Shown piece by piece: positions 28,355-37,938 of a stretch of DNA of 64,000 bases. The notes under the pieces are model-generated. The model did not search any database, was not told where the DNA came from, and worked only from the letters and a program-made list of their open reading frames with translations. Made by a program: the position numbers and the translations under genes. Location: positions 162,304 to 226,303 of the IMG/VR virus record IMGVR_UViG_3300042319_002138. One strand, 5' to 3'. Numbering within the stretch: the stretch's first letter is position 1; each line of letters opens with the position of its first letter.

Positions 28355-30562
28355 TCATCGCATAATTGTTAAATGTCCTGTTATCATTTTACGTGAGTCA
28401 TCATACTCAGACCCATACATTATTCTCCAAACATAAATCCCATCAAAACACATTTTATTATTATAAGTACCATCCCAACCAACGGTATGATTGTATGATT
28501 CAAAAATTGTTTCACCCCATCTATTGAATACCAATAAATTATAATCATAGACATCAAACCCATCAGTAAATATTGGTAACCAAATATTGTTGAAAGCATC
28601 ACCATCGGGGGTAAATGTATTAGGTATATAAATTAATTCTTGTGGACATTCTTGTATTGCTATATTAGCTTGTTCTTCATTAGAAACACAACCATTAACC
28701 GTTTGGGAAACGCTAATTGTATAAAAACCAACATTATTCCAAACATAAGGTAAACTATTATCTTGTATTGTATCACCTTCAACAACCCAATCAAACAACC
28801 CAGATAAAGATGAATAAGCTGTATAGATTCTAAAAATACTATCACCTTCACAAAGTTGGTTAAATTCATATGAAGGTGTTACAGATGTTATGATTGGTTG
28901 TGGGTTTACAATAACGTTGATTGTTGTATCAAATGGGCAATTACTTTGTGTATATGTATAAGTTACATCATTGTTTGTTATGATACCTTGTTGTGGGCAA
29001 AATTCATCAGTCTGAACCCCATTGACTAAGAAAGTACCATTTAAAGGTGAACCCACTAAATCTACACAACCATCATAATCACAAAAAGGACCAATAGGGT
29101 CTATTGTAGGGTTTATGTTTAAAATAAATGTAGTGAAGTAAGAGGTATCACTATTACAACCAATAGGACTAGTAGAATAAACACTTATAGAGTCTTGATA
29201 TAAACCACTAGGTTCTAATGACCAATCCGTTGTTATATTATCAGTACCTTGACCATTTATTATTTGTGGTGTTGTAGACCATATGTAGTTGTAACCAACA
29301 CCCATAGAAGGTACACTATAACTTTCTGATGTTGATAAATAACATACCGTATCAGGACCACTAATAGGTGTCATTATTATTTGTGCTGGGTTAGTGAGTG
29401 TTGCATTACCTGTTACGGTACAACCTATACCGTCTGTAATTAAAAAACTATAATTACCATAACAAAGGTTAGTGGGGTTAAAAGTTGTTTGTAGAGTATT
29501 CCAAGAAATAGTAGTGACACCATTGGTTCCGTTAGGGATTACATTAATACTACCATCACAATAGTTATAACAAGTTGGGTCAATAAAAGTAATTGTAGGT
29601 TGTGGTAAGTTAGGTGGACCAGGTTGTACAAACACCGTATCAGGTCCTGGACCGGCAATACTATTACAAGTATTCCATCCAACATTACAAGAAGGATATA
29701 CTAGTTGACAAGTATAATTAGCTCCTTGTACAGGTGGTGTAACCGTAATGGACGCACCAACCCCAATTGGATTTGGGTTACCTACAATATACCATGTTGG
29801 TACAGGTAAAACAGTTGGTCCACTTGGAGTGTATCGGTACGCATCATTATTTGCTGTCCATTGTGTGGAATTCCTACCTGGTACAGTTATCGCCACGGTT
29901 CCTGTGGTATTATGTAATCCTTGAACCGCGGTACCTCCCGCCCAAGCTAGACAGTTTGGTTTTGATTGAATATAATTTTCTATTACGTTTGTTGATTCAT
30001 AAATCACTGTATGAAATGTCCCCAGTAAATTTGTACATGAAAACATAGGGACACCAACCCAACTAACAACTAATTTTCTACAAGGTGCTGTACCTTGAAC
30101 TTGGTACCTAATTTGCCCACCTAAACCTGGGTGCCAATCTTGCCAAGGACCCATGACACAATTTTTTGGTACTGTACCCGCACCATTAGGTATTGTTGCT
30201 GAAGTAAATGTTGTTGGTTGTGCCGGTGAAAAAGAAATCCAACCGTTAGAACCAACCCAAAATTGATTGTATGTTTGTCCAAAGAAACAAAATGTAAACC
30301 CAATATTAAAAGGACCTTGTTGTGAATCATCCGACATAAATAATTGTGTACCAGTATTTGTTTGTGTTACATAAGGAATATTTGTAACACCGTAGTTTGT
30401 TGTTTGATTTGGATTTGAACCTGGTCCACATTGACTAAAATCGGCAGTTAATGTTGTTGACCCAACACCACAAGGTAGTATTTGGTCTGGTCCTAAATAA
30501 GGACAGTATTGTGAATAGGTCACAAAAGAAATTAGTATAAAAAGGTATTTAATTAAGTTCAT
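28355..30562 (-). CDS. Secreted adhesin-like protein with T9SS type B (gliding motility-associated, CHU_C) C-terminal domain
   Basis: Signal peptide ending YSQ; C-terminal 'YIPNTFTPDGDAFN...VFNRWGE...GWDGTYN...GIYVW'. Confidence 0.88.
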   Translation of the reverse strand: MNLIKYLFILISFVTYSQYCPYLGPDQILPCGVGSTTLTADFSQCGPGSNPNQTTNYGVTNIPYVTQTNTGTQLFMSDDSQQGPFNIGFTFCFFGQTYNQFWVGSNGWISFSPAQPTTFTSATIPNGAGTVPKNCVMGPWQDWHPGLGGQIRYQVQGTAPCRKLVVSWVGVPMFSCTNLLGTFHTVIYESTNVIENYIQSKPNCLAWAGGTAVQGLHNTTGTVAITVPGRNSTQWTANNDAYRYTPSGPTVLPVPTWYIVGNPNPIGVGASITVTPPVQGANYTCQLVYPSCNVGWNTCNSIAGPGPDTVFVQPGPPNLPQPTITFIDPTCYNYCDGSINVIPNGTNGVTTISWNTLQTTFNPTNLCYGNYSFLITDGIGCTVTGNATLTNPAQIIMTPISGPDTVCYLSTSESYSVPSMGVGYNYIWSTTPQIINGQGTDNITTDWSLEPSGLYQDSISVYSTSPIGCNSDTSYFTTFILNINPTIDPIGPFCDYDGCVDLVGSPLNGTFLVNGVQTDEFCPQQGIITNNDVTYTYTQSNCPFDTTINVIVNPQPIITSVTPSYEFNQLCEGDSIFRIYTAYSSLSGLFDWVVEGDTIQDNSLPYVWNNVGFYTISVSQTVNGCVSNEEQANIAIQECPQELIYIPNTFTPDGDAFNNIWLPIFTDGFDVYDYNLLVFNRWGETIFESYNHTVGWDGTYNNKMCFDGIYVWRIMYGSEYDDSRKMITGHLTIMR

Positions 30563-30705
30563 TTTTTTTTTATTTATAAATATAATATTAAGACGTATTT
30601 AAATGTAAATAGAAGGAACACTTATCCCAAAAGGTGGGATTGGAGAATATCTAGTACTTTTGGCTTATTTTTTAAATTTACGATTAAATAGAATATTTAT
30701 ATTAT

Positions 30706-31455
30706 ATGAAGTTAATTAGAGAATTCGATGATTTTAGTTGGACTAATATGGGTACACTTAATCCGTTTATGAGTGATGACCCACTTGTTGTTGTATGGTT
30801 AGATAAATCTGCCACTGAATCAGAGATTAATAAATTATATGATATGCTTTTGGAAGTTAATATAGAAATTAGTACATCAAAGTCAGATTTTGTAAAAAGT
30901 TTATTAACATATTCTAGAAATGGGTCTGCATATGTTAAATCTTACATAGCTCAAAATGGTGAAAAAAGAGCTGGGTATGGTGATACAAAAGCTTTATTTG
31001 ATGAACATAAATATTGGAAAGCTATGGAAGATTTAGACGGTAAACCATATATAGAATATAAATTAGGTGATATCTTTAAAGATAGATTAAATGAGTCTGA
31101 AGAGTTAAATTGGATTATAGAAAGTAACCCATCATTTAGAAACAAGATAATTATTTTTGAACCACTGATTATTGAGGATGAGTATAATATTGTTATAGAT
31201 GGTTTATTAGAATTTGATGAGGACCTTTATACCTATAGTGGTAATTTAGAAGAATTAAGACCTTTCACTTCTTATGATTATTTACACCATTTAGTTATAG
31301 GTTTAAATGGTGTAGTAGCTTATGGTGGGGCCAATGAACATAACAACGAAGACTGGGGTGGTTTTATGGATAACGTAGAAAATTACATAGGTAATTATTA
31401 TAAAAATTTTAACAACCCAGAAGTTATTGATGGAAGAAAATATTTTAATCTTTAA
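30706..31455 (+). CDS. Acidic two-module protein (MKLIREFDDFSW; internal RLNESEELNWI)
   Basis: ATATTTATA upstream; shared motif family. Confidence 0.6.
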   Translation: MKLIREFDDFSWTNMGTLNPFMSDDPLVVVWLDKSATESEINKLYDMLLEVNIEISTSKSDFVKSLLTYSRNGSAYVKSYIAQNGEKRAGYGDTKALFDEHKYWKAMEDLDGKPYIEYKLGDIFKDRLNESEELNWIIESNPSFRNKIIIFEPLIIEDEYNIVIDGLLEFDEDLYTYSGNLEELRPFTSYDYLHHLVIGLNGVVAYGGANEHNNEDWGGFMDNVENYIGNYYKNFNNPEVIDGRKYFNL

Positions 31456-31479
31456 TAACTCCAATTAATACTTATTGAT

Positions 31480-33405
31480 ATGGATAAAAATTTTTACATT
31501 AATAAATTAAATAAAACTTTAATTTCACAAACACATAACCCTCTTTTTTATAAAGGGGATATAGTAGAAGGTTCTAAAATTCTAACTAAAGAAGTTGTAG
31601 ACTCAATTAATGTTGATAGATGTTCTATATGGTTATACAACAAAAATAAAACATCTATTGTTTGCCAACAATTATATGTTAAATCTGAAAATATGTGGTA
31701 TGATGGTTTAGAAATCTTTGAAAAGGATTTTGGACCGTATTTCGAAGAATTAATAAAGAACCCAATAATAATAGCTAATGATGCTGAAAAACATCCAGCA
31801 ACATCTTGTTTTACTGATGGTTATTTAAAACCACTGGGTATTAAATCTATGTTAGATGTACCTATCATTTATTTTGGGGAAACTATTGGTGTTATATGTA
31901 TTGAAAGTTTTACATTACGTGAATGGGATTCTTTTGAGGTTGATTTTACTCAATTATTATCTTCTTTATACACTTTTGCTTATTCAATAAAAGAAACAAA
32001 CAATTTAAATAAAAAAATAGAAGAAACAGAAAAATTTATTGACGTATCGACAATTATATCTACTGCTGATAAAAGAGGTAAAATTACATATGTTAATAAA
32101 AAATTTGAGGATGTTTCTGGGTGGTCTTTGGATGAGGTAGTTGGTAAAGACCATGTTATTGTTAATTCGGGATTACAACCTGATGGATATTGGGGTAAAA
32201 TGTATGAAACGGTAATGAAAGGTGATGTATGGAATGACGTTGTTACCAATAAAGGAAAATCAGGAGAATTATATTACGTTGATACTTTTATTAGAGCAAT
32301 TTTTGATACCGATGGTAAATTGGATGGATTTGCTTCAATAAGACAAGATGTTACAGAACTTAAAAAAAAGGAAGTTGAAATTCGCAATAGAATGAACGCG
32401 ATAAATAAATCTAACGCAGTTATTGAGTTTGATTTAGAAGGAAACATCATTTTTGCTAATAATTTGTTTTTAGAAACTATGGGATATTCTTTACAGGATG
32501 AAGTAGTTGGAAAACACCATAGAATTTTTATAGATGAGGAATACTCAAAAAGTGAAGAATACTCTCTTTTTTGGGAAAAATTAAATGAAGGGGTGTTATT
32601 TACCGGTGAAATTACTAGAATTAAAAAAGACGGTTCTTTAGTGTATCTACAAGCAACATACAATCCAGTTATCGGTTTAGATGGTAAGGTTTATCGTGTT
32701 ATGAAAATCGCGACAGATATCACCAATTCCTACGAACAAAAGAAAGAAATTGAAAAGAAAAACACTTACCTAGAACATGCGGCTAAAATATTAAGACACG
32801 ATATGCATTCAGGTATTAATACTTATATGCCAAGAGGATTAAGTTCTTTAGAAAGAAGATTAACCCCCGAAGATATTAAAACTTTAAAAATTGAGGCCCC
32901 AATTAAAATGATTAAAGAGGGTTTAAAACATTCCCAAAAAGTATATAAAGGGGTTTACGAATTTACAAATCTTGTAAAGAAAGATGTTGTTTTAAATAAA
33001 ACGGAATGTAATTTAAAAGATATACTTGAGGATTATTTATCAGCGACAGCATATAGTAGTCAAGTTATTATTGATGAGTTACCAACGATAGAAGTTAATG
33101 AACCATTATTCTGTACCGCAGTCGATAATTTAATTCGTAATGGGTTAAAGTATAATGATAGTAATACAAAATTTGTTAAAATATATATGGAAGATGGTAA
33201 TCTAATTATACAAGACAACGGTAGAGGGATTACACAAAAAGATTTTATTCATTTATCCCAACCATATACCAGAAAAGAAGGCCAAAAAGAATCTGGAACT
33301 GGTCTAGGGCTTAATATATGTGTAGCTATTTTAGAAGAACATAAATTTAATATTTCGTGTGAGAAAAATGACATAGGGACAAAAATGAAAATTGAACTAA
33401 AATGA
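31480..33405 (+). CDS. Cytoplasmic sensor histidine kinase (GAF-PAS-PAS-HisKA-HATPase)
   Basis: GAF 'MLDVPII..GVICIE'; two PAS/PAC; H box 'RHDMHSG'; N box 'DNLIRNGLKY'; 'DNGRG'; 'GTGLGL'. Confidence 0.93.
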   Translation: MDKNFYINKLNKTLISQTHNPLFYKGDIVEGSKILTKEVVDSINVDRCSIWLYNKNKTSIVCQQLYVKSENMWYDGLEIFEKDFGPYFEELIKNPIIIANDAEKHPATSCFTDGYLKPLGIKSMLDVPIIYFGETIGVICIESFTLREWDSFEVDFTQLLSSLYTFAYSIKETNNLNKKIEETEKFIDVSTIISTADKRGKITYVNKKFEDVSGWSLDEVVGKDHVIVNSGLQPDGYWGKMYETVMKGDVWNDVVTNKGKSGELYYVDTFIRAIFDTDGKLDGFASIRQDVTELKKKEVEIRNRMNAINKSNAVIEFDLEGNIIFANNLFLETMGYSLQDEVVGKHHRIFIDEEYSKSEEYSLFWEKLNEGVLFTGEITRIKKDGSLVYLQATYNPVIGLDGKVYRVMKIATDITNSYEQKKEIEKKNTYLEHAAKILRHDMHSGINTYMPRGLSSLERRLTPEDIKTLKIEAPIKMIKEGLKHSQKVYKGVYEFTNLVKKDVVLNKTECNLKDILEDYLSATAYSSQVIIDELPTIEVNEPLFCTAVDNLIRNGLKYNDSNTKFVKIYMEDGNLIIQDNGRGITQKDFIHLSQPYTRKEGQKESGTGLGLNICVAILEEHKFNISCEKNDIGTKMKIELK

Positions 33406-34016
33406 TAAAACTAAAAAATTTATTAACCATATTTTTCATAAGTATGGTAAGTATAGTGTATTCACAACCAACCTACCCTATCCAGACACAATTAAAAGGT
33501 GATTCTGTGGTTATTCTTACAAAAAAACAATCTGATGATATTAATTCACTAATTGAGAATCAAAAAATTAGAATACAAAAATATAAAACAGAAATAAAAT
33601 TAGTTAATGATACTAACACGTTATTAAATAACGATATTAAAATAAAAGATAGTGTTATTAACCAATTGGATAGTTTGTTAACCGTCCAAAACAATTATTA
33701 CGATAGTTTAATTTCTAAAATAGATACGTTAGAGAATTGGATTTTATCGTCGTCGATAGATAATGGGTACCTATATTATTCTTGGCAAGACTCAACAGTT
33801 AAAGTTATTGATTTAAGTTTGTATATGTTAGTATCGCATAGAGGAAGTGGTAATTATAGTTTAATTACAAGAGGTGATGTTACTAATATATATTATTGGA
33901 AACAAATAAATCTACTTAAAGAAGAAAGTCCTGAGATTGGTTGGGAATTAAATATATCCCCAAAATATAAACCAAGAATAGTATTATTCCCATATAAATT
34001 AACCCCAAAATTATGA
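33402..34016 (+). CDS. Secreted coiled-coil protein in two-component locus
   Basis: Signal peptide ending YSQ. Confidence 0.6.
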   Translation: MIKLKNLLTIFFISMVSIVYSQPTYPIQTQLKGDSVVILTKKQSDDINSLIENQKIRIQKYKTEIKLVNDTNTLLNNDIKIKDSVINQLDSLLTVQNNYYDSLISKIDTLENWILSSSIDNGYLYYSWQDSTVKVIDLSLYMLVSHRGSGNYSLITRGDVTNIYYWKQINLLKEESPEIGWELNISPKYKPRIVLFPYKLTPKL

Positions 34017-35416
34017 TAAAAAATATTTTAATAACAATAATGTTTTTGGGTTTTTTTACTTCTTTAAATGTAAATTCACAGACTGATAATAACCCCAAAA
34101 AAACAGAGATTGAACCTACATGTCCTAGTGATAGTCGTATAACTAGTTTAATTAAAAAATTAAATTACGAACCAAATAAAAAATTAACTAAATACCAATC
34201 AAGCTTATGTCAAGAAATTGGTATCTCTTTTTATAATAAAGGTATGTATGATGAGTCAGATTGGTATTTAGATAAGGTTAGTACCTATATTGATGTTGTT
34301 GATTTAAAACCTGAAAAAGTTTTTGACACACCTAAAGAAGAACCCGTACAAGAGTTAAGTGACTCAGAATTATCTAGTATTAAAGCCGACCAAAAATTTT
34401 TAGATGACCTACCAAAATCATACGATAATTTATCTAAAAAAGATATAAAAAAAATTGCTGATGAGATAGAGTCAAAACTCCAAAAACTATTAAAAGAAAA
34501 AAAAGAATTATTAAAAAATAAAGCTAGTCAAGAAGTTATCAGTTCTAAAACAAGTACTATACAAATATTAGGTAAAGAAAAAAATATCATTAATCTTAGT
34601 GTTAAAAATGATGATTTAGTTACCGATAAAAAAACCTTAAAAAAATATTTATGGTGGTCCACAATTGTTCTTTCTGTTTTGGTTTTAGGTATTATTGTTT
34701 TATTACAAAGAAAAACAATTAAAGTCCAAGACATAGAAATCGAAAACCAATTAAAAGACATTAACAAGAAAAACACTTACCTTGAATATGCGGCTAGAAT
34801 AATTAGACACGACATGCATTCAGGTATTAACACCTATATACCAAGAGGGTTATCGTCATTAGAAAAAAGAATTTCAATTGAGGAAATGAATAACTTAAAA
34901 ATTACACCCTCAATTAAAATGATAAAAGATGGTTTGGCACACACACAAAAAGTATATAAAAGTGTTTATGAGTTTACAAACCTTGTGAAAAATACTGTAG
35001 TTTTAGATAGAAATATGGTTGATATAAAAGAATCTTTATTAAAATACTTAACAAATACATCATATAAAAATCAGGTAGAAATTAGTGAATTAGTTACACT
35101 AAATGTAAATGAAACTCTTTTTTGGAACGCTATTGATAATTTAATTAAAAATGGGTTAAAATATAATAGTAGTGAAAATAAAGAAATTAAAATTTACATG
35201 GATAATAATGATTTAATTATTGAAGATAATGGTGTTGGATTTTCACAAAAAGAGTTCGAAAGAACAACAGGTGAATATTTAAATAAAAAGAGTAATTCCG
35301 AAGTTGGTTTAGGTTTAGGTATAACCAAAACAATTTTAGAAGAACATGGTTTTAGTATGATGTGTGAAAAAATTAACACTGGTACAAAAATAACGGTTAA
35401 ATTAAATAAAAATTAA
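34013..35416 (+). CDS. Membrane sensor histidine kinase
   Basis: Signal peptide, periplasmic domain, one TM, H box 'RHDMHSG', 'DNLIKNGLKY', 'DNGVG', 'GLGLG'. Confidence 0.9.
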   Translation: MIKNILITIMFLGFFTSLNVNSQTDNNPKKTEIEPTCPSDSRITSLIKKLNYEPNKKLTKYQSSLCQEIGISFYNKGMYDESDWYLDKVSTYIDVVDLKPEKVFDTPKEEPVQELSDSELSSIKADQKFLDDLPKSYDNLSKKDIKKIADEIESKLQKLLKEKKELLKNKASQEVISSKTSTIQILGKEKNIINLSVKNDDLVTDKKTLKKYLWWSTIVLSVLVLGIIVLLQRKTIKVQDIEIENQLKDINKKNTYLEYAARIIRHDMHSGINTYIPRGLSSLEKRISIEEMNNLKITPSIKMIKDGLAHTQKVYKSVYEFTNLVKNTVVLDRNMVDIKESLLKYLTNTSYKNQVEISELVTLNVNETLFWNAIDNLIKNGLKYNSSENKEIKIYMDNNDLIIEDNGVGFSQKEFERTTGEYLNKKSNSEVGLGLGITKTILEEHGFSMMCEKINTGTKITVKLNKN

Positions 35417-35423
35417 AAAAAAA

Positions 35424-35861
35424 ATGATTGATTCTATATTATTAGTTGATGACGAGGATTTATTCCATTTAGTATTTGAGGATGCGTGTTCCTTATTAGA
35501 TATAAGTTTGTCTTTAAACGCGTTAAACAGTTCTGACGAAGCAGCAAAACTATTCCAAAAATGGTTCCAAAGTGGTAATGAAGACAATAAACCAGAATGT
35601 GTTTTTGTTGACTTAAATATTATTGGTAGTTCTTTTGATGGTATTGAGTTAATTAGAAAAATAAACTTTGAATATGGTAACCATGTGGTTATTGGTATAA
35701 TTTCATCGTCTAATGAACCAGATGAACAAGCTAAAGCATTACAAGCTGGAGCACAGTTTTGGATTATTAAATCAGACGATATAGAACCAAGACTAGAAGA
35801 ATTTAGAAAAGATTACGAAGGTTATAAAAATAGAACCGCACCATTTAAAGTTTACAAATGA
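35424..35861 (+). CDS. Stand-alone response regulator (receiver domain)
   Basis: 'ILLVDD', phosphoacceptor 'FVDLN', 'ISSS', 'WIIKS'. Confidence 0.92.
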   Translation: MIDSILLVDDEDLFHLVFEDACSLLDISLSLNALNSSDEAAKLFQKWFQSGNEDNKPECVFVDLNIIGSSFDGIELIRKINFEYGNHVVIGIISSSNEPDEQAKALQAGAQFWIIKSDDIEPRLEEFRKDYEGYKNRTAPFKVYK

Positions 35862-36535
35862 TTAAAATAGAAAGTTTTACTAAAAAAAGTTTAATAGATT
35901 TATATAAAGAAAAAAATGTAGGTCTTGAGGGTAATATCACAAAATTAATTGATTCTGAGGATGATGAAGAATTTAAAGATTATTTAAAAGATTGTGAATT
36001 AAGAGATACCGAAAAAAGGAAGAAGCGTCTTGATATGACAAAAAAAATACAAAAACAAAATCAAGAACTATCTAATTTAAATAATGAAAACGAAAGAATT
36101 CTAGAAGAATTACAGGAAACTTTAAAAGACGTTGAGGATTCCAAGTTGACGTATGAGGTTCAGAATAAGGAACTTAATGAGTGGAAAGAAGATAACCTTA
36201 GATTAACTGAAGAGTTAAAAAATGAAATGGCTAAATCTGAAAAGGCTAGAATAGATGCGGAAAAAGCTAAAGATATGGCCGAAAACGATTTAGATTTATT
36301 ACAAAAAAGAACTCAAAATGAACTAATCTCCACCATTGTTAGAGTTGCTCTATGGATAATCATGGGTGTGGGTTTTGTAACAACTGGTGTTTATGTCTTC
36401 ACATTATTAATGGGCAAAGACACTCAAGTTATTAGTGCTACTTGGTCTAACATATTTGGTATTCTATTAACAAATGCATTTTCTATTGTAGGTACCATTA
36501 TGGGTATAAAATACGCAACAGAAAAAAAAGAATAA
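35858..36535 (+). CDS. Coiled-coil protein with two C-terminal TM helices
   Basis: Long E/K heptads, then two hydrophobic segments. Confidence 0.65.
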   Translation: MIKIESFTKKSLIDLYKEKNVGLEGNITKLIDSEDDEEFKDYLKDCELRDTEKRKKRLDMTKKIQKQNQELSNLNNENERILEELQETLKDVEDSKLTYEVQNKELNEWKEDNLRLTEELKNEMAKSEKARIDAEKAKDMAENDLDLLQKRTQNELISTIVRVALWIIMGVGFVTTGVYVFTLLMGKDTQVISATWSNIFGILLTNAFSIVGTIMGIKYATEKKE

Positions 36536-36541
36536 AAATAG

Positions 36542-36572
36542 TTTGACAATTAATAAACTTTTACTATATTTG
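36542..36572 (+). promoter_or_regulatory. Bacteroidota-type promoter for leader 2 / tRNA cluster 2
   Basis: TTTGACA and TATATTTG; flanking sequence closely resembles the leader-1 promoter. Confidence 0.75.
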
Positions 36573-36614
36573 TACCATATTTAATTAATACGAACAAAAA
36601 TTTTTATAAATTCA

Positions 36615-36716
36615 ATGAAAACAACAATGACATACAAACAAGGGACCGTTAAAACGGTTGATGGGAAAGTGGATTCACTTTTCTACGGACATGGGTTGTC
36701 ATACTGGAGTTGTTGA
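36615..36716 (+). CDS. Leader peptide 2 (33 aa, MKTTMTYKQGTVKTVDGKVDSLFYGHGLSYWSC)
   Basis: Short ORF between promoter and terminator; codons mirror tRNA cluster 2. Confidence 0.8.
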   Translation: MKTTMTYKQGTVKTVDGKVDSLFYGHGLSYWSC

Positions 36717-36741
36717 TTTGAATTTACTCTATATATAGAAT

Positions 36742-36773
36742 AACCCTGGGTCCAAAAGATTCAGGGTTTTTTG
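36742..36773 (+). terminator. Attenuator terminator of tRNA cluster 2
   Basis: AACCCTGGGTC-caaaa-GATTCAGGGTT plus T-tract. Confidence 0.8.
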
Positions 36774-36799
36774 TTCTTTGATATATCGGTTTAAAAAAA

Positions 36800-36889
36800 G
36801 GAAGGGTGGCAGAGTTGGTCTATTGCATCTGATTTGAAATCAGAAGTACCTTTGAAAGGGTACCGTGGGTTCGAATCCTACCTCTTCCT
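36800..36889 (+). tRNA. tRNA-Ser(UGA)
   Basis: Loop TTTGAAA, long variable arm. Confidence 0.93.
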
Positions 36890-36896
36890 CATAAAT

Positions 36897-36968
36897 GGTC
36901 CATTGGTGTAGTGGCCAACATACATCCCTGTCACGGATGTGCCGCGAGTTCGATTCTCGCATGGACCG
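36897..36968 (+). tRNA. tRNA-Asp(GUC)
   Basis: Loop CTGTCAC. Confidence 0.92.
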
Positions 36969-37009
36969 CAACTAACCATAAATCCTAGTAACCCCTAGGT
37001 TGGTTAAAC

Positions 37010-37082
37010 AGTTCCTTAGCTCAGCTGGGAGAGCAACTCGCTTACATCGAGAAGGTCACAGGTTCGAACCCTGTAGGAACTA
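37010..37082 (+). tRNA. tRNA-Val(UAC)
   Basis: Loop CTTACAT. Confidence 0.92.
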
Positions 37083-37091
37083 CAATAAATT

Positions 37092-37166
37092 GCCTCATTA
37101 GCTCAGCTGGCTTAGAGCGTCTGATTTGTACTCAGAAGGCCGTGGGTTCGATTCCTACATGAGGCT
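37092..37166 (+). tRNA. tRNA-Thr(UGU)
   Basis: Loop TTTGTAC. Confidence 0.92.
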
Positions 37167-37228
37167 CAATTAATAACAAACAAATAAAAACGTCAGATTA
37201 TGGAAAGTGGCAAGTATGGCAAACACAA

Positions 37229-37300
37229 TCCCTCGTAGCAAACAAGTGTAGGCAACGGACTTTTAATCCGTGGGGCTGGGAGCGTTACCCGGCGGGGGAA
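37229..37300 (+). tRNA. tRNA-Lys(UUU), non-canonical T loop
   Basis: ACGGA-CTTTTAA-TCCGT; T arm CTGGG-AGCGTTA-CCCGG; 7-bp acceptor. Confidence 0.75.
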
Positions 37301-37308
37301 CAAAACAC

Positions 37309-37378
37309 ACCGAGGCTTAGTGGTAAAGAACTATCTCTCATAAGGATGGTCAAGTGGGTTCAATTCCCATACTCGGTA
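37309..37378 (+). tRNA. tRNA with CAU anticodon (Met or Ile2), short D arm
   Basis: Loop CTCATAA; T arm GTGGG-TTCAATT-CCCAT. Confidence 0.7.
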
Positions 37379-37386
37379 CATTATAT

Positions 37387-37457
37387 TGCGGCAAGGTGTA
37401 ATTGGTTGCATGGGAGTCTCATAAACTTCAGGGGTGGTTCGAGTCCACAGCACGCTA
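37387..37457 (+). tRNA. tRNA with CAU anticodon, imperfect acceptor stem
   Basis: GGAGT-CTCATAA-ACTTC; bulged acceptor. Confidence 0.6.
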
Positions 37458-37462
37458 CTAAT

Positions 37463-37537
37463 GGGGATATAGTTTAATTGGCTAAAACATCTGATTTGCA
37501 TTCAGAAGATGTCTCGGTTCGATTCCGAGTATCTCCA
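37463..37537 (+). tRNA. tRNA-Ala(UGC)
   Basis: Loop TTTGCAT; G3-U70. Confidence 0.92.
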
Positions 37538-37570
37538 CAATAAAATAACAAAAGAAAAAGAAAGAAATTA

Positions 37571-37690
37571 ATGAAGATAGTGTTAACAGGTAAATTAGAA
37601 TCACATAGAGAAATTTTTAGAGGAGAAAGAGAAAAAAATAAATTGATTAAAAGAATAAAAAAATTTATTTTTAAAAGAAAAAACGCTTAA
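37571..37690 (+). CDS. Small basic ORF inside tRNA cluster 2 (39 aa)
   Basis: ATG 37571 to TAA 37690; not in the ORF track. Confidence 0.35.
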   Translation: MKIVLTGKLESHREIFRGEREKNKLIKRIKKFIFKRKNA

Positions 37691-37734
37691 TAGAACAAAG
37701 TACAAGTTCAGGGTGGGGTGCGGTTCCCACAAAT

Positions 37735-37811
37735 GCGGGTGTAGCTCAATTGACTAGAGTACTAGCCTTCCAAGCTGGGAGTTGCGGGTTTGAATCCCGC
37801 CACCCGCTCCA
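37735..37811 (+). tRNA. tRNA-Gly(UCC)
   Basis: Loop CTTCCAA; CCA. Confidence 0.92.
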
Positions 37812-37812
37812 T

Positions 37813-37895
37813 ACGTCAGTGGCGGAATTGGTAGACGCGTTGGTTTTAGGAACCAATATCGTTAAGATGTGGGGGTTCGACTCCCCCCTGACGTA
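37813..37895 (+). tRNA. tRNA-Leu(UAG)
   Basis: Loop TTTAGGA, long variable arm. Confidence 0.93.
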
Positions 37896-37938
37896 CTTTT
37901 ATTTTGCCAATTAAACAATAACCCTTATATTTGTAATT

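Noticed and set aside
32740-35000. Near-duplicate DNA in the two kinases as a mobile-element or assembly repeat
   Set aside because: Similarity is confined to the DHp coding region with many synonymous differences, so it reflects paralogy
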